Assembly (NCBI GenBank): GCA_051362555.1
Contig: CM120641.1
Location: 10,168,001-10,232,000, forward strand
Source of the DNA: Lingula anatina
Lineage: Eukaryota; Animalia; Brachiopoda
Direction of reading: 5' to 3'
Length of the DNA: 64,000 nt
Shown: positions 23,701-38,774 of the stretch, in pieces
Layout of the letters: every line of letters begins with the position of its first letter
How positions within the stretch are numbered: the first letter of the stretch is position 1
The notes under the pieces: generated by a model
Seen by the model: the letters and a program-made list of their open reading frames with translations, nothing else
Databases searched by the model: none
Told to the model about the DNA's origin: nothing
Made by a program: the position numbers and the translations under genes

Positions 23701-26700
23701 TTTTTAAAGAAAAGTATTTTTGAGACAAACATATTAGAAACATTGTATCATTGTATTGTTTATCAGACTATACTTCTTATGCATGTTTGGTGAACAAATA
23801 TTGAGTGTAAATATCTGCAGTGGCTTGGCTCCCTCTAACAAATAATTTGCTTTAGCAAAATTGTCGAATAGTTTTACTCAAAAAAAAAATTGTGGAGTCA
23901 AAACATTAATAATTAAGTTAAAGAAATATATAAACTATGTTTTCACATTTAAGTAAAAGGAACTTTACAATTTGGTGAAGTTTGATACCTTACTGGTAAA
24001 CAACTTATAAACTTCATCAGTTGGAAGATGTATGCAGGTGTTGTAATTTCCTGCTAACTACATAAAGCAGGATAATGGTGCTTTCAAGTGTACTAAATCA
24101 GACTACAAGCCATTACTGCAAAGTTCATAACATTTCTCGTGAAAGTAAAAATATTTCACTCATCAATTCAGGATGAAAATACACAGACAGCCTATTTTTG
24201 ATCCACTAAAAGTGGTCCCAGTTAATATGGTGATCTATTCCCTCGACTTTTTTTATGTACATATGAAAGAAAAAATTTCAATTTTTTAAAGTATTTCAAA
24301 CAATTTTAACATCAGGGTCCACCACCACAAAAAAGCGCTTTTAAATGCCTATAAAAGTGTTTTCCACTATTCTTCAACCCAAAAATAAGATTCTTTTCCA
24401 TTCCTCTATGTTGTAACATACTATTTCTTCCCTTATAAAAAAAATCCACCAGATAAGCACAGATCACCCCAACACAAAAAGCCCAGGTACTACTGACCAT
24501 GTTACTACTGTGAGAAATGTGACCAACTTTTACACCTGTCCCACGTGTCGCAGCTTACCTTTGTCCCTAATTGTTGATTGGTCACAGCAACAGCAGGCCC
24601 CCTACGAGACCCAGAAGATGCATTGCTGGAGTTGAAACTCATCACGCTGGCAGTTTCCTGGTTCCCAAAAGGTCCCAAACCCGAAGCACCTGAAAAATTC
24701 ATCAGTGGTTTAATTATAGGTACATTATAAATGGAATTTAATGGTTCACTAGTAAGGAATGGAATCAAAATAACAAGAAATACCCTGATATTAAAAATTG
24801 TTCCTTTAACCTTAACTAAATAATTATTCATACATTTAATGTTCTTATCAAAAGGGCAAAAACTGTTAAATTTTTTCACCTGATGGTAATCTTGCTTGAG
24901 TCAACAAAGAGAGAAAATACTGCTAAAAGCAATTTCTGCTTGTGAATCACAACTAATATTGTATAATTTCATTTAAGTGTCTAGCTGTAACTCTATAGCA
25001 TCTATTTCCAAAAATCAATAAATTTCTCACTCCTAAAAATGATTAAGCTTTTCCATTAATCTTGCGCTACAATGCAGCTGACATATACTTAAAAGAAACT
25101 GAGAATTAGTGTCACTGAGTCAGAGGTTTACTGGTGTATTTCACTTTTTTCCATTACAACACATTATTTCAAACCATCATTCACCTCAAATGACACTCCA
25201 CAATTTCTGTATGTTAAAGTAGACCAATAGAATCAAAAGCTGCAAGTGGTTTCAGTTAAATCACAACAGTCAATCACATCAAAAACCAAGTCATCTACAG
25301 AAAGTAACATATTACGAGTTGCACTTTAAATGACATATGTAACTTTTCTACTTTCTCTCAGCACATCAATACTTCACATACAAACACACAAATTTCCCCT
25401 ATTCTCCTCCTCCTCCTACCTTGACTTATAGGCCAGGACCCATGGTACATCATAGACAAGTTATGGTTATTGGCCAGGTCATTCAAATGGGCATCAAATC
25501 CATTAGTGGCACCAAAACCAACAGCCAGAGAGGCATCAAAGTATGGCTGGGCTCTGCGATCTGGAACTGTCCGAGGTGCTAAACCCTGAAATTGCCAAAC
25601 AGATGTCTTAGTAGTACTTGGGTGTGAAAGTGTGCTTTGCTTTCCATGCCAATGGTACAGCAAAGAAGGGAATGACTGTTGGGGAAAGGTGCATCACAAA
25701 TACCAACTTCAAAATCATTTACGTTGATGTTAATATAAACAGTAACTTTTCTTAACAGTTGCATTATCATCTTGGTAAAATTTTAAACAAAAAGTGTAGA
25801 ACAGTTTCATTAGCTATGTTATTATAATAGACTTGTGAAGATTCTTTTGTCTATAGCTATTTATATTAGTTTGATCTTACCATCCAATATTTCATCTGCT
25901 TGCAGTCAGATTTCATCAGGGAATGAGGTTGTGACAGGTATGACAACCTGTCACCCCCTCTGGTGTGCTATTTGGTCAGATCCCCCCCCCTTGCCTGCCC
26001 CTCCCTTAGGAGTGGTAGGTAGAGGTTGGGTAGCTCAGTCTCAGACTGAGCTACCCAACCTCTACCTACCACTCCTAAGGGAGGGGCAGGCAAGGGGGGG
26101 GGATCTGACCAAATAGCACACCAGAGGGGGTGACAGGTTGTCATACCTGTCACAACCTCATTCCCTGATGAAATCTGACTGCAAGCAGATGAAATATTGG
26201 ATGGTAAGATCAAACTAATATAAATAGCTATAGACAAAAGAATCTTCACAAGTTTAAACAAAAAGGAATTTACCAAATGTAAGCACACCATTAATTTTTT
26301 CTATTTCAAGTCCAAGGCTGACATGATCAAAGATATCTACAGTTGCCCAAATGCACTGTGATACAGTGGTATTCATTACAGTCTTGCCCCACCCACACAA
26401 ATGGCGTCTTTCATCTCTACACACACACGCACACCATCTTACCTGTGCATTAAAAGTGTTTGTGGCCGCGTCCATAACCACAATCCCATCCTGCTCACGT
26501 TCGTTGTGGTCACAGCTTCCAGAGTCGCGTTTCTCCTTCTCATGCTAAAACACACAGATACACAGCTGATATATAGAGATGTCTTCACAGAACTGATCTC
26601 AACAGGGAACAGATAAGATACAGATAACATGAATTAGGATGCACAGATGTTGTGTTTCAAATGAAATAATGGTTGTTTTCCTGAACACAAGACACTCAAT

Positions 26701-29700
26701 CCATTGCAATAAAACCAACTTTTTTCTCTTTTCAATGTTCTCAATGGTCTGGGTGCAATTGAACACATAAATCTTCTCCACAATGGTCAACTGACTTTCC
26801 CATGGTTTGACACAATTACCTGTATATCCCAGTTATCCAATCCATAAAATGAGAAAAAGAATCTCTGAAAATTCAGAATTTCACCGTAAGTAAAGGCCGC
26901 CAATCCCTACAAATGCAGTAACTAATAGCTAAAAAGATCTGGATATTCCACATTTTGTATCAGCCTCCTATAACCAAAGCAAAGTCAGCAGCAGCATCTG
27001 TTCTGATCATCCATGGGAAAGTGTATGGTTCATTTATTGATGCCTACATGAAAGCAGGAGTCCCCCCAAATCAATTTCCTCCTCATGGGATTGGGCACTT
27101 CACAGAGTCGGTGGAAATTACATAGGTCACTATGTTCTTCCAGCAATCAACAGCCAATAAACTAGAACTTCCCACATTTGATTACTACAGGCAGCGCGCC
27201 TAAGAGAAAGCGCTTGTGTGTGATCTCAAAGCCCTCATTTCCTTCCAACAGACCCAAATCCATTTGCTCTGAGACATTATACAATTTGTGCTTATTTAAT
27301 GCAGCCGCTGCAGACATATTTTTATGTATGGATCTCATTACGCATCATTAACAGTCAAACACAAAAGCATATTGCATTGGAAATCTTTTTGAAACATATC
27401 CCATTTCAAAAGTCAGCCAGGTGTATCTTGTAGAGAAAAGATTTTTTAACAAGACGGGTTTTTTTATGCATTTACTTTAGAAAATGACCACAGGGCTTCA
27501 ATGGAGAAAAAGCTCAGAGAAGATCTTTCTTGTTTTTCTTAGAGTGCACAGATACCTGTTCTCAGCATGGTGGGGCAACTTCTTACACTTACAAGGATAA
27601 ATGTACCCAAGCTGGGATATCTACTCAGTCTCTCTTTACTGAATGTCAAAGTTGATAAAGTATCAGATGCTGTGCAATGTCGGCACAACTCCTTACATAT
27701 GACATACTGTTGGGCTCTCTCACCCTGTGGTCTGAACTTTTTTTTCTTTCTTCTAAATGTTATCCAGATTCTAAAATTTATAAATGTCTCAACTCCTGGG
27801 GCATGAAGCTGATAACAACATGCCCTGCACAGAGCAATTTTTTCTAGAGTATTTCTAAACAATTGCCAGAACAGTATACATCATCAGCAAGCAGTTGCCA
27901 GCGGTCCTATTCCATGCGACATCGCTTCTCCTCTCTTGGAGACTGTTCATTTTACTCAATTTTCTCAACAAAAAGGGAAGTTGTTTTCAAATGTGTCTTT
28001 TTTTACTTAATATGAAAATGGAATTACTCAAAAGCACTTAGGGTAATTCCCCAGCAAATGTTGCCCCTGTCACTGTCAAAGGTTCTGTTCCAAGTTGACA
28101 GAAGGTTAATTAGTTTTATAAGGACAACAACACTGCACTTGGGGGAAGGGGTCCTGTGAAGCAGCTGCCCTGCTATAACTTGCAGTATAAAGTGTCATCA
28201 GAATTTTGCATGCACTAGTGTGTGTGTTGTGAAAACATGTACAGAATATAAGGGATAAGATTTTTTAATTACATTAATCATCATATGATTATAACAAATT
28301 GGAAAAGTTCTGACTAAATTAAAATAGACAAATAATCTATGAATACAATAAAGATACATGGGAACAACAGCAAACTTTTATAACTAGCATAAAGGTGGGA
28401 AATTTACCAGATCAGACATTACCTGTCAGCAGTACCTGTCGGACTTGTTCAAATTAAAATCATTACACATAACAATACATGAAAGCATAATTTCCTAAAG
28501 CTCAGGACCCACCTGTATCTGTGCCCTGTGTTTCTTCTGAAGTCGTAGCATTTCTGCCTCAATCATACGGATTCTCTGAAGGCGAGCTTCATGGCGAGTG
28601 GAGGCCTGATCTGTGGGCCCAAGATGGCGTTCCATGGCCAGCTGAAGCCGCTTCAGCTCGTACTCCAGCTGTCTGCGGGTCATATCAGCCTGCAGATTAT
28701 ACTGGAATCATATCAAGAAAAACTCAATATATACTAGTACCACATGAGTAATCTCCAGACAAAAACAGACACACTTCAGGGAGATGACACCCAATACTGA
28801 ATCAAACCAAATTCGATCAGATAAATTATGTGAAACAGCAAGCTCTCCTTGCTTATCTGCCATTCTAATCTATGGAAACACATACATACAAACACACTCT
28901 CAGATAGAACAGAACATGCAAACCTGCTTAAATTCAGGCGTGATCGATCTAGACTACATTTATAACAAGATGCCATTTTTCTAATTTTGTTCTCTCCGAG
29001 TGATCAATACTCCCAGCAAAGGACAGCATCCAGGATATAATTTGCATCTGCAGGGCAGAGAAAGCAATACTTCTGATTACATAGGATGATTACATATATC
29101 TTTTTATTTGAAAACAGAAATATGTGTGAGAATCTGGCACCTGTGATAATTACATTCTATATCGTTTGTATTGTATGGATCCAAAAACATATCCTTACTC
29201 CAACAAATATCAGGTAATATCCAAACATACACTTAATGAAAAAAGCACTTAATCCCTTTGCCACTGTCTATGGTACTTTCATTATACAAACAATTAAAAG
29301 ACAGCACAAAAACTCTAATTATACTAATGGCAATTTAGTTACGATAGAAATACTGTATGCTTCATTATCATAAAAGAGGAAGTTTTACTGCATGATGGGT
29401 TGGCTACAGTGTTCTAACGATGAGACTCATCCACAATATCCATATTGCCAATGTGGTGCAAAATCATGTGAGATTAGTAACTGCAGCACAGGAACAAATA
29501 AAAACTAACAATTTATCTACAGATATTTTTCTGGTTGCTTTCTCGTAAGTTCTGTCAAATTCATAGCATGTTTTGATTGTCACTTTTGTATTGTTTTCTA
29601 AGATGACATTCCTAGCACATAAAGTTTTGCCCTTACCACTTAAAAGTTAACTATTATCATACATTTTGTAGGCTCTTATGACATCACAGTGTACTAGCAG

Positions 29701-32700
29701 CCTCGTTTTAAGCTATATCAGTTGATTTCCATTCTGAAAAAGCATGTCTTCATTTCCAGATAATAGTTCAGTTCAAGTTTACTGGTCATGTAGTAAAGTA
29801 CCTTGTTTACTATGAGTAACCCTTATTTGAAATTCAAATTGCTTCCAAGGCGACAGTGAACAACCTTGCCTACCTAATACAGACACATTTGAAGAAACAG
29901 TAACCAATAAAAGCAATACCCCCTTTGCATTAGGTTTTGCTCTAGGCTTTTCTTACATCTAAAATTAAAATAATCAAAATAAATAAATAAATAAAATATA
30001 AGCATCTAGATTACAAAATGTGGCCTAACAATTATTTATCAACATAAAAACCTAAGCGTAAAGATACCCAAATAAATGAGCACATGATGATAAAATAAAA
30101 ATTTAAACCAAATGCATAGAGTTGAACTACAATTATGATCAACATAACCCCTTTGTACCTGCATGTTTGTCCAGATGATCCCTGGTCAATAAAAAAAGAA
30201 GTCTAGTCCAAAAACTCCCTTCCCAGTGCACTACTTGGTGAAACCCCCATTACCAAACAGACAGTAGAATACTACGTTCATTTAAAAGATTTATGTCCAT
30301 TTAGCTACTTCATGACTTGTGATTTCAAAGCAGACTTCAAATGGAACTAAATCTGGGTTAAATGGGATCCACTTGAAACAGCTCATCTTTTCCCAATAGT
30401 AACCAATCTAGATGAGGACGGATAGATGAAATGGCTTTGATACATGTGAGAAAAAGCTTAAGGAAAAATAGATGGGAGAGCAAAAAAATAATTGATCGGC
30501 TGATATTCCTATGACCCCTGGGGATTTTTAAAGTATTCTTTTTGTTTGATCTTTCAAATGTTCAAAGCAATCAGGTGAGAACTTCCCAGGTGGAAAGATA
30601 ACTGACACAAATTTTCTTTTTAAAAATGTTATGCATTATCTTATACATGTTCAAATCACAAACATTAAAACCATACACCCCAAAACCCAGTCTAGGATAT
30701 GCTGAATGCTGCTGTACCTTTTGAAATAGTGAAAATTTTTCTTCTGCACGAACAATTCCTCCTGTAGATTTTGTGTAATTCTCCTTTGCTTGTAATGTTA
30801 TCATTTTTACATCTAAGTATTCTCTCCTCCAGATCCTTTACAATACTAATCACATAAAGTGGTTGTCATCAAAATCTATCACAAAGTTATGGGCAGAAGT
30901 CTCTCAAATCACACTTGCTTGCTTGGAAACCTTCAAAATTTTCATCACAAAACCACCTGCAAAGTGTATCTTGCACTCGAGCACCTCCTAGACTCTCTTT
31001 AACTAAAAGTACTAAAAGAACTGTTGCTTAATTTCTCTTTTCAGTTGCCTAATTTCTCTATTGGCTCATCCCTCTAGGAGGACCCCGAGCACTGCAATCA
31101 TGTCACAGGCGTGACACTGACTGATGACGCTAGGAATCCATTTCAACAGCTTACATTGGTAAACGTCAGACTTAACAAATTAGCATGATGAGTGTAGGTT
31201 TCATCTTAATGGGTATTTCATACAGTTAGGTTTGAAATTTCTACATTACTTTTAATGGAGAGGGGGGGGGAGCCATTAAAATGTATAATTCTGCTACCCT
31301 ACATGTGAATAAAAATCCATAATGCATAATTTAACATAATCCAACATTTGTGGATGGTGAACCCAACATCAAAATAAAAAGGTTTAATTTTTTTTCTCAG
31401 CAATATCGCCCAAAGCACTATCCCAACATTACGATGGGATTGGAAAGGCAAAAGGGAATTGGAAAAGAACATTACAGTTAGTTACCTAGATGGCATTTCA
31501 CTGTGACTGTCTAGATATTGCATGTTGTTTTTTAATCAACTGAGCTGAGGAGGACAGACCGGAGCCTGGATGCTATTCAAGTGTCTTCTTCATAATGACA
31601 ACATTATTCTGTAAATTTCTAATTAATCTCCTAAATCACCACAAGTTTGTTGTATTCAGCTTACCTTAACAGTAAATGTTTCACTAGAACATCAAATCGA
31701 GATGTAATCTTCTAGATGAACATCTATTTCTCTTATACACGAATGGCAAAGCCGGAAAATGCTTTTACATTGCATATTGTCAGCCAAATGGACCCCATTA
31801 CACACACTGCACTGTAAAAATCCAATCAATATTTCGCCCAATCTTCCTGCTTATTTTTATTGATTATTTCTTCTTAAAGTTGTGATTCATGGAGATCTCC
31901 TACGTTGATGGTAAGTCTCTAAACTCCCAAGCTTATTACAAAACCTCGAACACTGGCTGAGTTGCTGACATAGTCATAAATTATGTTGGAAATACTTGCA
32001 CAATATTAAGGAATAATAACAATCATTACAAAGTAAAAGAACAGTTTACATGACTTCTGTAGTCTGAAATCTATTTTAAAGTCATTAAATTGCTTTTCCT
32101 GCTTTTTGAAAATAAACAATGACAACATTTTGTGGTTAAAATTTTGAGATGGCAGGTGCTTTAAATTGTTGACATGGCATGAAAATTCATGGAATCATTA
32201 GTGTTCGTTAGCAGCCTTGAATCCCAAATGTGGTCTCTTTCTGCAACTGTGGACTTGAAAAAGTCTATTGAGATTCACTGAATTACATCACACCTCTTCC
32301 ACATAGGAATTTAACCCACATCAATCAACTTCACATGTAACAGTCATGTAAGGCAGCTAGTCTTAGTGTTAAAATACCTGTCTTTTGACCGTTTATAAGG
32401 CAAGAACACACAGGCTTTAGGGAATCAATCAGCACTTATTAACAGATTATATAAGGATCGTGTCAAATGGTATGCCTGTTAACATACCTGTATTGGGAAT
32501 TAATAATGATCTCCATTAATTCTAAACTTAGTACATAATTATCATCAGCAATGCTTCCTGCTATGGATTTTAATGGATAATATCCAATGTGTATGTAAAC
32601 ATAGCTCTGACATAATATAGCTAATTATTATAAAACAGCAGATAGCTAACTTCTGTGCTATTAATATAGTCACTAGGAGAAAACTGCATGCAAATCAACT

Positions 32701-33923
32701 CTTGAATAAAAATAATTTAAAAAAAAAACAATATACTCGCTGCTTGAATAGCTCTCAGTGCAGATCAGAGAACAAAGAAAAGCACTGGAGAGTAAATCAC
32801 ATTGATTTGATTACAATCTGTACAACATATTGAATTCTCTCACTGAAGACAAAGCTTTGAATATCTGCTCTGAAGGAATCAAGCCACTCATTTCACCTGA
32901 TGTGTCACAGGAAAGTCATCATGCCGGCGTTCTGTCATCATAATTACAGTCATCAATTATACTTTGTTATCTCTACTCTTCAGAGGAGATAATTAAGCAG
33001 TGATAAAAATTATGAGGTTATTATTTTTTTTCTTCTGACAAAGATGCATTTGCCATGGCACCTTTCCAAAGAAATTTTCACTAAGATATTGATATTTGTT
33101 TTTCAGTAAGAATGGTTTATAAACAATATACAAGGACTGCTTGGCAGAGAGGGCAAAGAGTTGCAGATGCCATTTGAAAAACAATGAAATCAATAAAATA
33201 GAAGAATTTTTTTTGTACTAGGACATAACCTTCTTCAAAAAAAGTTGTCCATTGGAATTTCTTATAAGTGGCAATATAATAGTGCCAATTAAGTAACATG
33301 AGGGGGCAAAAATAATTATTTTCGATCTGTCCTCAATGTTTTGTTTTTTAGGCATCAAACTAACAATAGACGTAATGCACCTTAAAAATAAATGCAAAAG
33401 GACAAAACTGTATTTGAATACATATGACATGAAAAAAGCTCATATCTTATACAAGTAGCTTGTATTGTCCCAATTTATTTAAGTCAGACAAAGAATCTAT
33501 CGTGGCATGAAAACTTGTATATTAACCTAATCTGAACCTTTCTCAATGCATGTGTCATCAAATCATACTTAACCTGAGGCAGGGGTCATCCTCCCTTTTT
33601 CATCTAGTTAACATTAATTTCAAATTATTTGTCTTGCTATTTATAATAATACAATCTCATATGATATCATGAAATTCCGCACTTTTTGTGTTTTCTCTAA
33701 AACTGGTAAAGTAGATATCGATATCCTTTTGCAGCATAAAGATAATGGCAGCGCAGTAAAAATTGGAGCCATGATCAAAGGAAATAAAATTAGAATCAAA
33801 TAAGCAATAAACATGCAAGACTGGGTTGAAAGGCATACATACAATGAGATAGCTTTAAAACCATATGGAGTGAGAGATATAACTTCAACTTTTAGAATGA
33901 TCACACTTTTTATTCAACAGATT

Positions 33924-33992
<69 letters not shown>

Positions 33993-36900
33993 CCACCACC
34001 TTTACTATGACAAAAATAGCACAAGACAAGAACACCATGCTGATTTACACATAAGTACAAGGCTTTTTTTGAGGAAATATCATTAGGAGGCACCCATGTA
34101 AAAACTAAACTGCCTTATGGCAAAACTTTAAAAACAGTATCAATCAAGCAGATACAAAGAATAAGTAAACATGTAAGGCAGAAACAAAATTATAAACACC
34201 TGCCTTCAGTATACAGCAAGGTAAAAAGGTGGTTGAAAGGGATTAATTTCTCATAAATCACACCACCAATAACCAAGAGACACTAATGACAGAGGCTTAG
34301 CCAAAAAGGTGAAATACTCCAGATAAAAGCAAAGAATAGTTACAGGTGTTCTCCACATTCCCCCCTCCCTTCATCACAAAACTGGTGAAATTTAGAACGT
34401 GATGCAACAGACATCAAGTCCATAATTCAATTTTGAAGACTCATGTTCAGGTACTGGATCACTGGGTCTATGGCTCAGGAAATAAAAGGTTGCATGTATC
34501 TGTCTAGACTGTTGTACTTTGTAGGAAAATACAAGAAAGCAGTATGGAGACAAGTCTAGAGTTTTAGTCTCTGGGATTGCATTAAACTTGTCCTCAACTC
34601 CACTGTCAGTTTTACTATCAGTTTTCTCGAATATTTTTTATATTTTTCTATTTTTGCACTATTTGCAATACCTAAAATAACTATATCCAAAAATATCACA
34701 ATTCTGCATTATCCAAAAAAGAGAAAACTATAAAATAAAAAAGAAAAGAAAAAAGTAATTCAGTCTTACCTCTTCTGTAAAGGGGAGGTTTTTCAGTTTA
34801 TTGTTGAGATCCTCAAGTTGTTCATAGTACCACTGCCTGTGTTTCTCCTCAGATTCAATATCCTTTAAAATGTTGTTTCTGTAAGTAAAAGAATATTTGT
34901 GGTTGATAAATTTTTAATCAAGCTAAGGGCTTAAATAAAGAATGTGGTTCAGTTCAGCTCCATCATCTAATATCAACTTTGAAGATCAAAGATACAAACA
35001 ATCAAATATGCTGCTTTATAAACCACAGAAGTGAAATTGCTATTGCAGCAAATGAGCCCTACTACTAATAATATCCAAGGAAATCTGACTTTGTCCAACA
35101 AATTCTCTGCTCACTGAAGATGTTGCCATAGCATATAGCTGTCTATCTGTCAATATTTTGGCCACATGCCCCTGCAAACCTCCTCTCCCAGTAGAAGTTG
35201 GGAAGAGGGGGGGGGGGGGGGGGGCAGAAACAGAGACATTTGGACCGCCATTAAAATCAATAAAACTAGAACTTAATTTCCTAATCAAGATTTGTAACAT
35301 AATTATAAGCATGGAACTGTTAGCACGCTGACATTTTAACACAAATAAATAAATAAGTGCTTCAAATATATACTTACCTATTTTAATGAATATAATTATT
35401 GGCAGTTTAAACTGTCATCCATGATATCAAGAAGTATATGCTTACCATAACGTAAGAAGCAATAATCTAATTATATATCAATTAAGGAATTCATCATCTC
35501 ATCAGGAAGCATAACCACTCTGTCCAGAATCACACAAATGCCTCAAAAGCAAGCGCCTCAATGTAGCTATTCAATCACATTTCAAAACTGTTTTCAAACT
35601 CAAAAGAATACTTACTCTACTGCCTCTGGATACGAACCAAGTGTTCTTTTGTGGATCAAACCAAAGATTTGGCATTCTTTCTATGTAAGAGTGATATTGA
35701 CTATTTCAATACCTCCAATCTGTGGTCAGGATATTCTGCATACCTGTTTGCAAAATGACCATTCAATTTGTCCATGCGCTTAGTTTGAGTCACATGGGTG
35801 CATTTGGAGCTTTTTATCTCCACTACTTTATCCTATCCAGCTGATCACATCATTTCTATGTTTCCATCAAAATTCTTTTCATCTTGCCATTCAGTCATAT
35901 CAAAAGATGAAACAACACTGAATGACTGTACAAAGTAAACAAGCTAGCCAGAAAATTATATCTTAATGTGTCATCTATTGAAGACATACCTTTCCTCCGG
36001 AGGTTTTCTTTTCAGAAAAGGTTAAACCCAACTCTTCTACAATAATGACTAGAAAACATTCCGTCCAAGTCTGTACAAAGTAACCAGTCAGTTAGGATCC
36101 TACAAGATTAAGATCAGCTACGTTTACTTTTTGTCCAAAATTCCACAACAATGTTCTTTTTGTGGCCACTTGCGATCAATCTAAAGCACAGAGAGATAGC
36201 ATCAATCTTCCTCCTTCTTCTACTATCCTATATAGTCACATGCAACATTATGTGATGATACCGATGACCTGTGTCAGTTTTACCTCAACCCAGTGTCTCC
36301 CACCACTTAACATTACTCCCCATTCCTTGTAACCAAAATTAGAAGTGCACTTAATCTGCCCCTGTTCCTGGGCTGTTCCACCAAGGCTCCTGTCACAGGG
36401 AAACAGTTCTTCTACTATGAAGGAATTCTGATACGAAAAAAAAAATTGGAAAAGCCTCATCAGGTATGGCCAGTGCCAGTCAGTGCACACGAGGACTTGT
36501 CACCAGAGTAAGAAACCAGACAACTCATCCATAAATTTCTATTTCCATCAAATGACAACTATGCCAGCCCAGAAGTTCATAATTCAGTCAACAACACGAT
36601 ATCGGGCTAGTTCACTGATGCATTTTCTATTGGATCGTATTGATTCTCCCTTCCCCCCTGACAATCCATTATCTTGTCTGCTGTTAAAGCCAAAAGCCAA
36701 TCAATATGTTCCTGCTTTAATGGTGAAATACACTGGAGACAGATGAGTCATTCAATGCGGAGGATATATTTCTCCAGTCAGAGGAAGATCCTCTTGGTAA
36801 TGGCTCTAAGACATCAACATAGGTAGATAGATGAGCCAACCTCTGGGTGACTAGGGTAGATTGCTCACACAGGTATTGCAACATAAGCATAAACACATTA

Positions 36901-38723
36901 GGTATTACTTATTACCCCATGTTATATACTTAATCATCCCACATTTCTCAACCCGCCTACCTTGTGTATATTGGTATGAAAAACTGTTGCACAAATTGAA
37001 CATGCATAATTATCAAGTGTCTGGGTAATTGATTGCTTTTTTCTACAGTAAATGCCAACTGCTGCCAGAAAATAAATGCACAATGCCTTGGGAGCAAAAC
37101 AGGCAGTTATCTCTCCCAAGAATTCAATAAATAGAGATAAGGTGAAAACTTCAATTTACCTTTCCTTCTCTTCTGTTACCTCATTAAAGGAAAATTTTTT
37201 ACACTGATCTACTTGAATATATAAAATAAGTCTTAAAGCTGTGTAAAATTGCTGCATCTGTTTCATCAGGGTAATTTCAAATTCAACCATTGCTGTGTGA
37301 TTAATAATAGGAGCAATAGCAGTCTCCTAACCTAATGAGATGCTGGCTGCAAATTCTCAAACCTTTTCTAATGCTTTGCTCTGATTGATTTACTTCCGTG
37401 ATGTCTGATAAAAATCATTTGTACTTTGACTAGACAAATTGAAAAGCTTAAATGGGAAAATATAATAGGAGTGATCTGCTGAAAAAAATAATGACTGAGA
37501 TTCATCTTATAAACTGAAATTTTGGTTTGAAGCCATTTCATATACGTCCATGATGCAACAATTTCACCAAAGCTGCAGTTCATCACCTTCAAGACACCAA
37601 AAAATAAAACAAAACTCATCTGAAATGACCACTCAGAAGTATTTTAAGACCCTAAAACAGATGAAAATCACTGGTACACTAATGTAAAATAAATTAACAA
37701 TTATATTGATTTGGCATTGACCTGTGACCAAACCAAGTCATGGTGATTTAATATATATTTTTGTCACTAATATTTACCAGTGGGGTGTGCAATGCCAGCC
37801 ATAAACCATATCTAAATAGTTTGTATGCAACTCTGATCTGGGACTGTATAAAGGAGAAAAAAACATGAAAACCAATCTTTGGGGTCAAGACTTGAATTAG
37901 TTCCAGTCTGCATATTTTCAATCTAACTTGTTTCCTCTGTCCCCTGAGTTACTGATCCAGTAGACAGGCCACTAGTTGTTTAAACTTCTTTTTTTGTAAA
38001 TTGAAAACCCTACTCTGGCTGATATCTATTCTGGTATATTTAATACCCCCCCCCCCCCCCCACCACCACCACCAAAAAAAAAATATATATATAATAGTAT
38101 TAAACAAATAAATAATTACCATAAAATGCTGAAATGTTTATAACTTGACTTTTGCTTTCAAAGTATCATCAGAATGTAAAATACAGATACCCCAAGTACA
38201 ATAATGATGATGTTTTCTTATGTTTTTCTTCATTATAAAACCTACCAAATAATCAAGCATTTTACAGACTAAGACAAAAATTCTGACAAAAATATGGGAC
38301 TTAGTTCCACAAACATATTCAACACTCTAGTAGTTATCCTAGTATATGCCGTGCTTCTAAACTAATTAACATCACACTTTTGTTCTTTGCAAGCCAATCT
38401 AGTTAGCAATTCTAACAGGTAATGAGATTTTCTCTCTCTCTGTGGTACTGTCCTGTCCAAATTGCTCATGTCACAGTCAAAAGAAACAAGTCTCTAAAGA
38501 CTTCTGTTGATCATAATGGCAATGGGAAACAGGCTGGTGAATTCATGATGGACTGGCTGTGAAGAGCAGGAATGGTCAATTTCACACAGGAAATCCATAT
38601 TTTTGCAGTTCAATCAACTGCTGCATATCCGTGATCTGGGTCAATAAAAGTTCAGAAGTTGATTATATGGAAAAAAAATTGTTAGATAGGTATATTTTAT
38701 ATAATGTTTTTTGAAAACCCGCA

Positions 38724-38774
<51 letters not shown>

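Noticed and set aside
25835-26291. Mirror-image 93-aa and 107-aa ORFs on opposite strands
   Set aside because: They follow directly from the palindrome; at least the plus-strand one has a non-ATG start, and neither has recognisable protein features.
28418-28445. gacag|gtactgctgacag|gtaat on the minus strand as a possible 13-nt microexon
   Set aside because: No pyrimidine tract, frame-shifting; more simply a short duplication of acctgtc.
35206-35224. Long G run (similar C runs near 38046 and 62521)
   Set aside because: Homopolymers without recognisable paired TIRs or target duplications; possibly decayed repeats.
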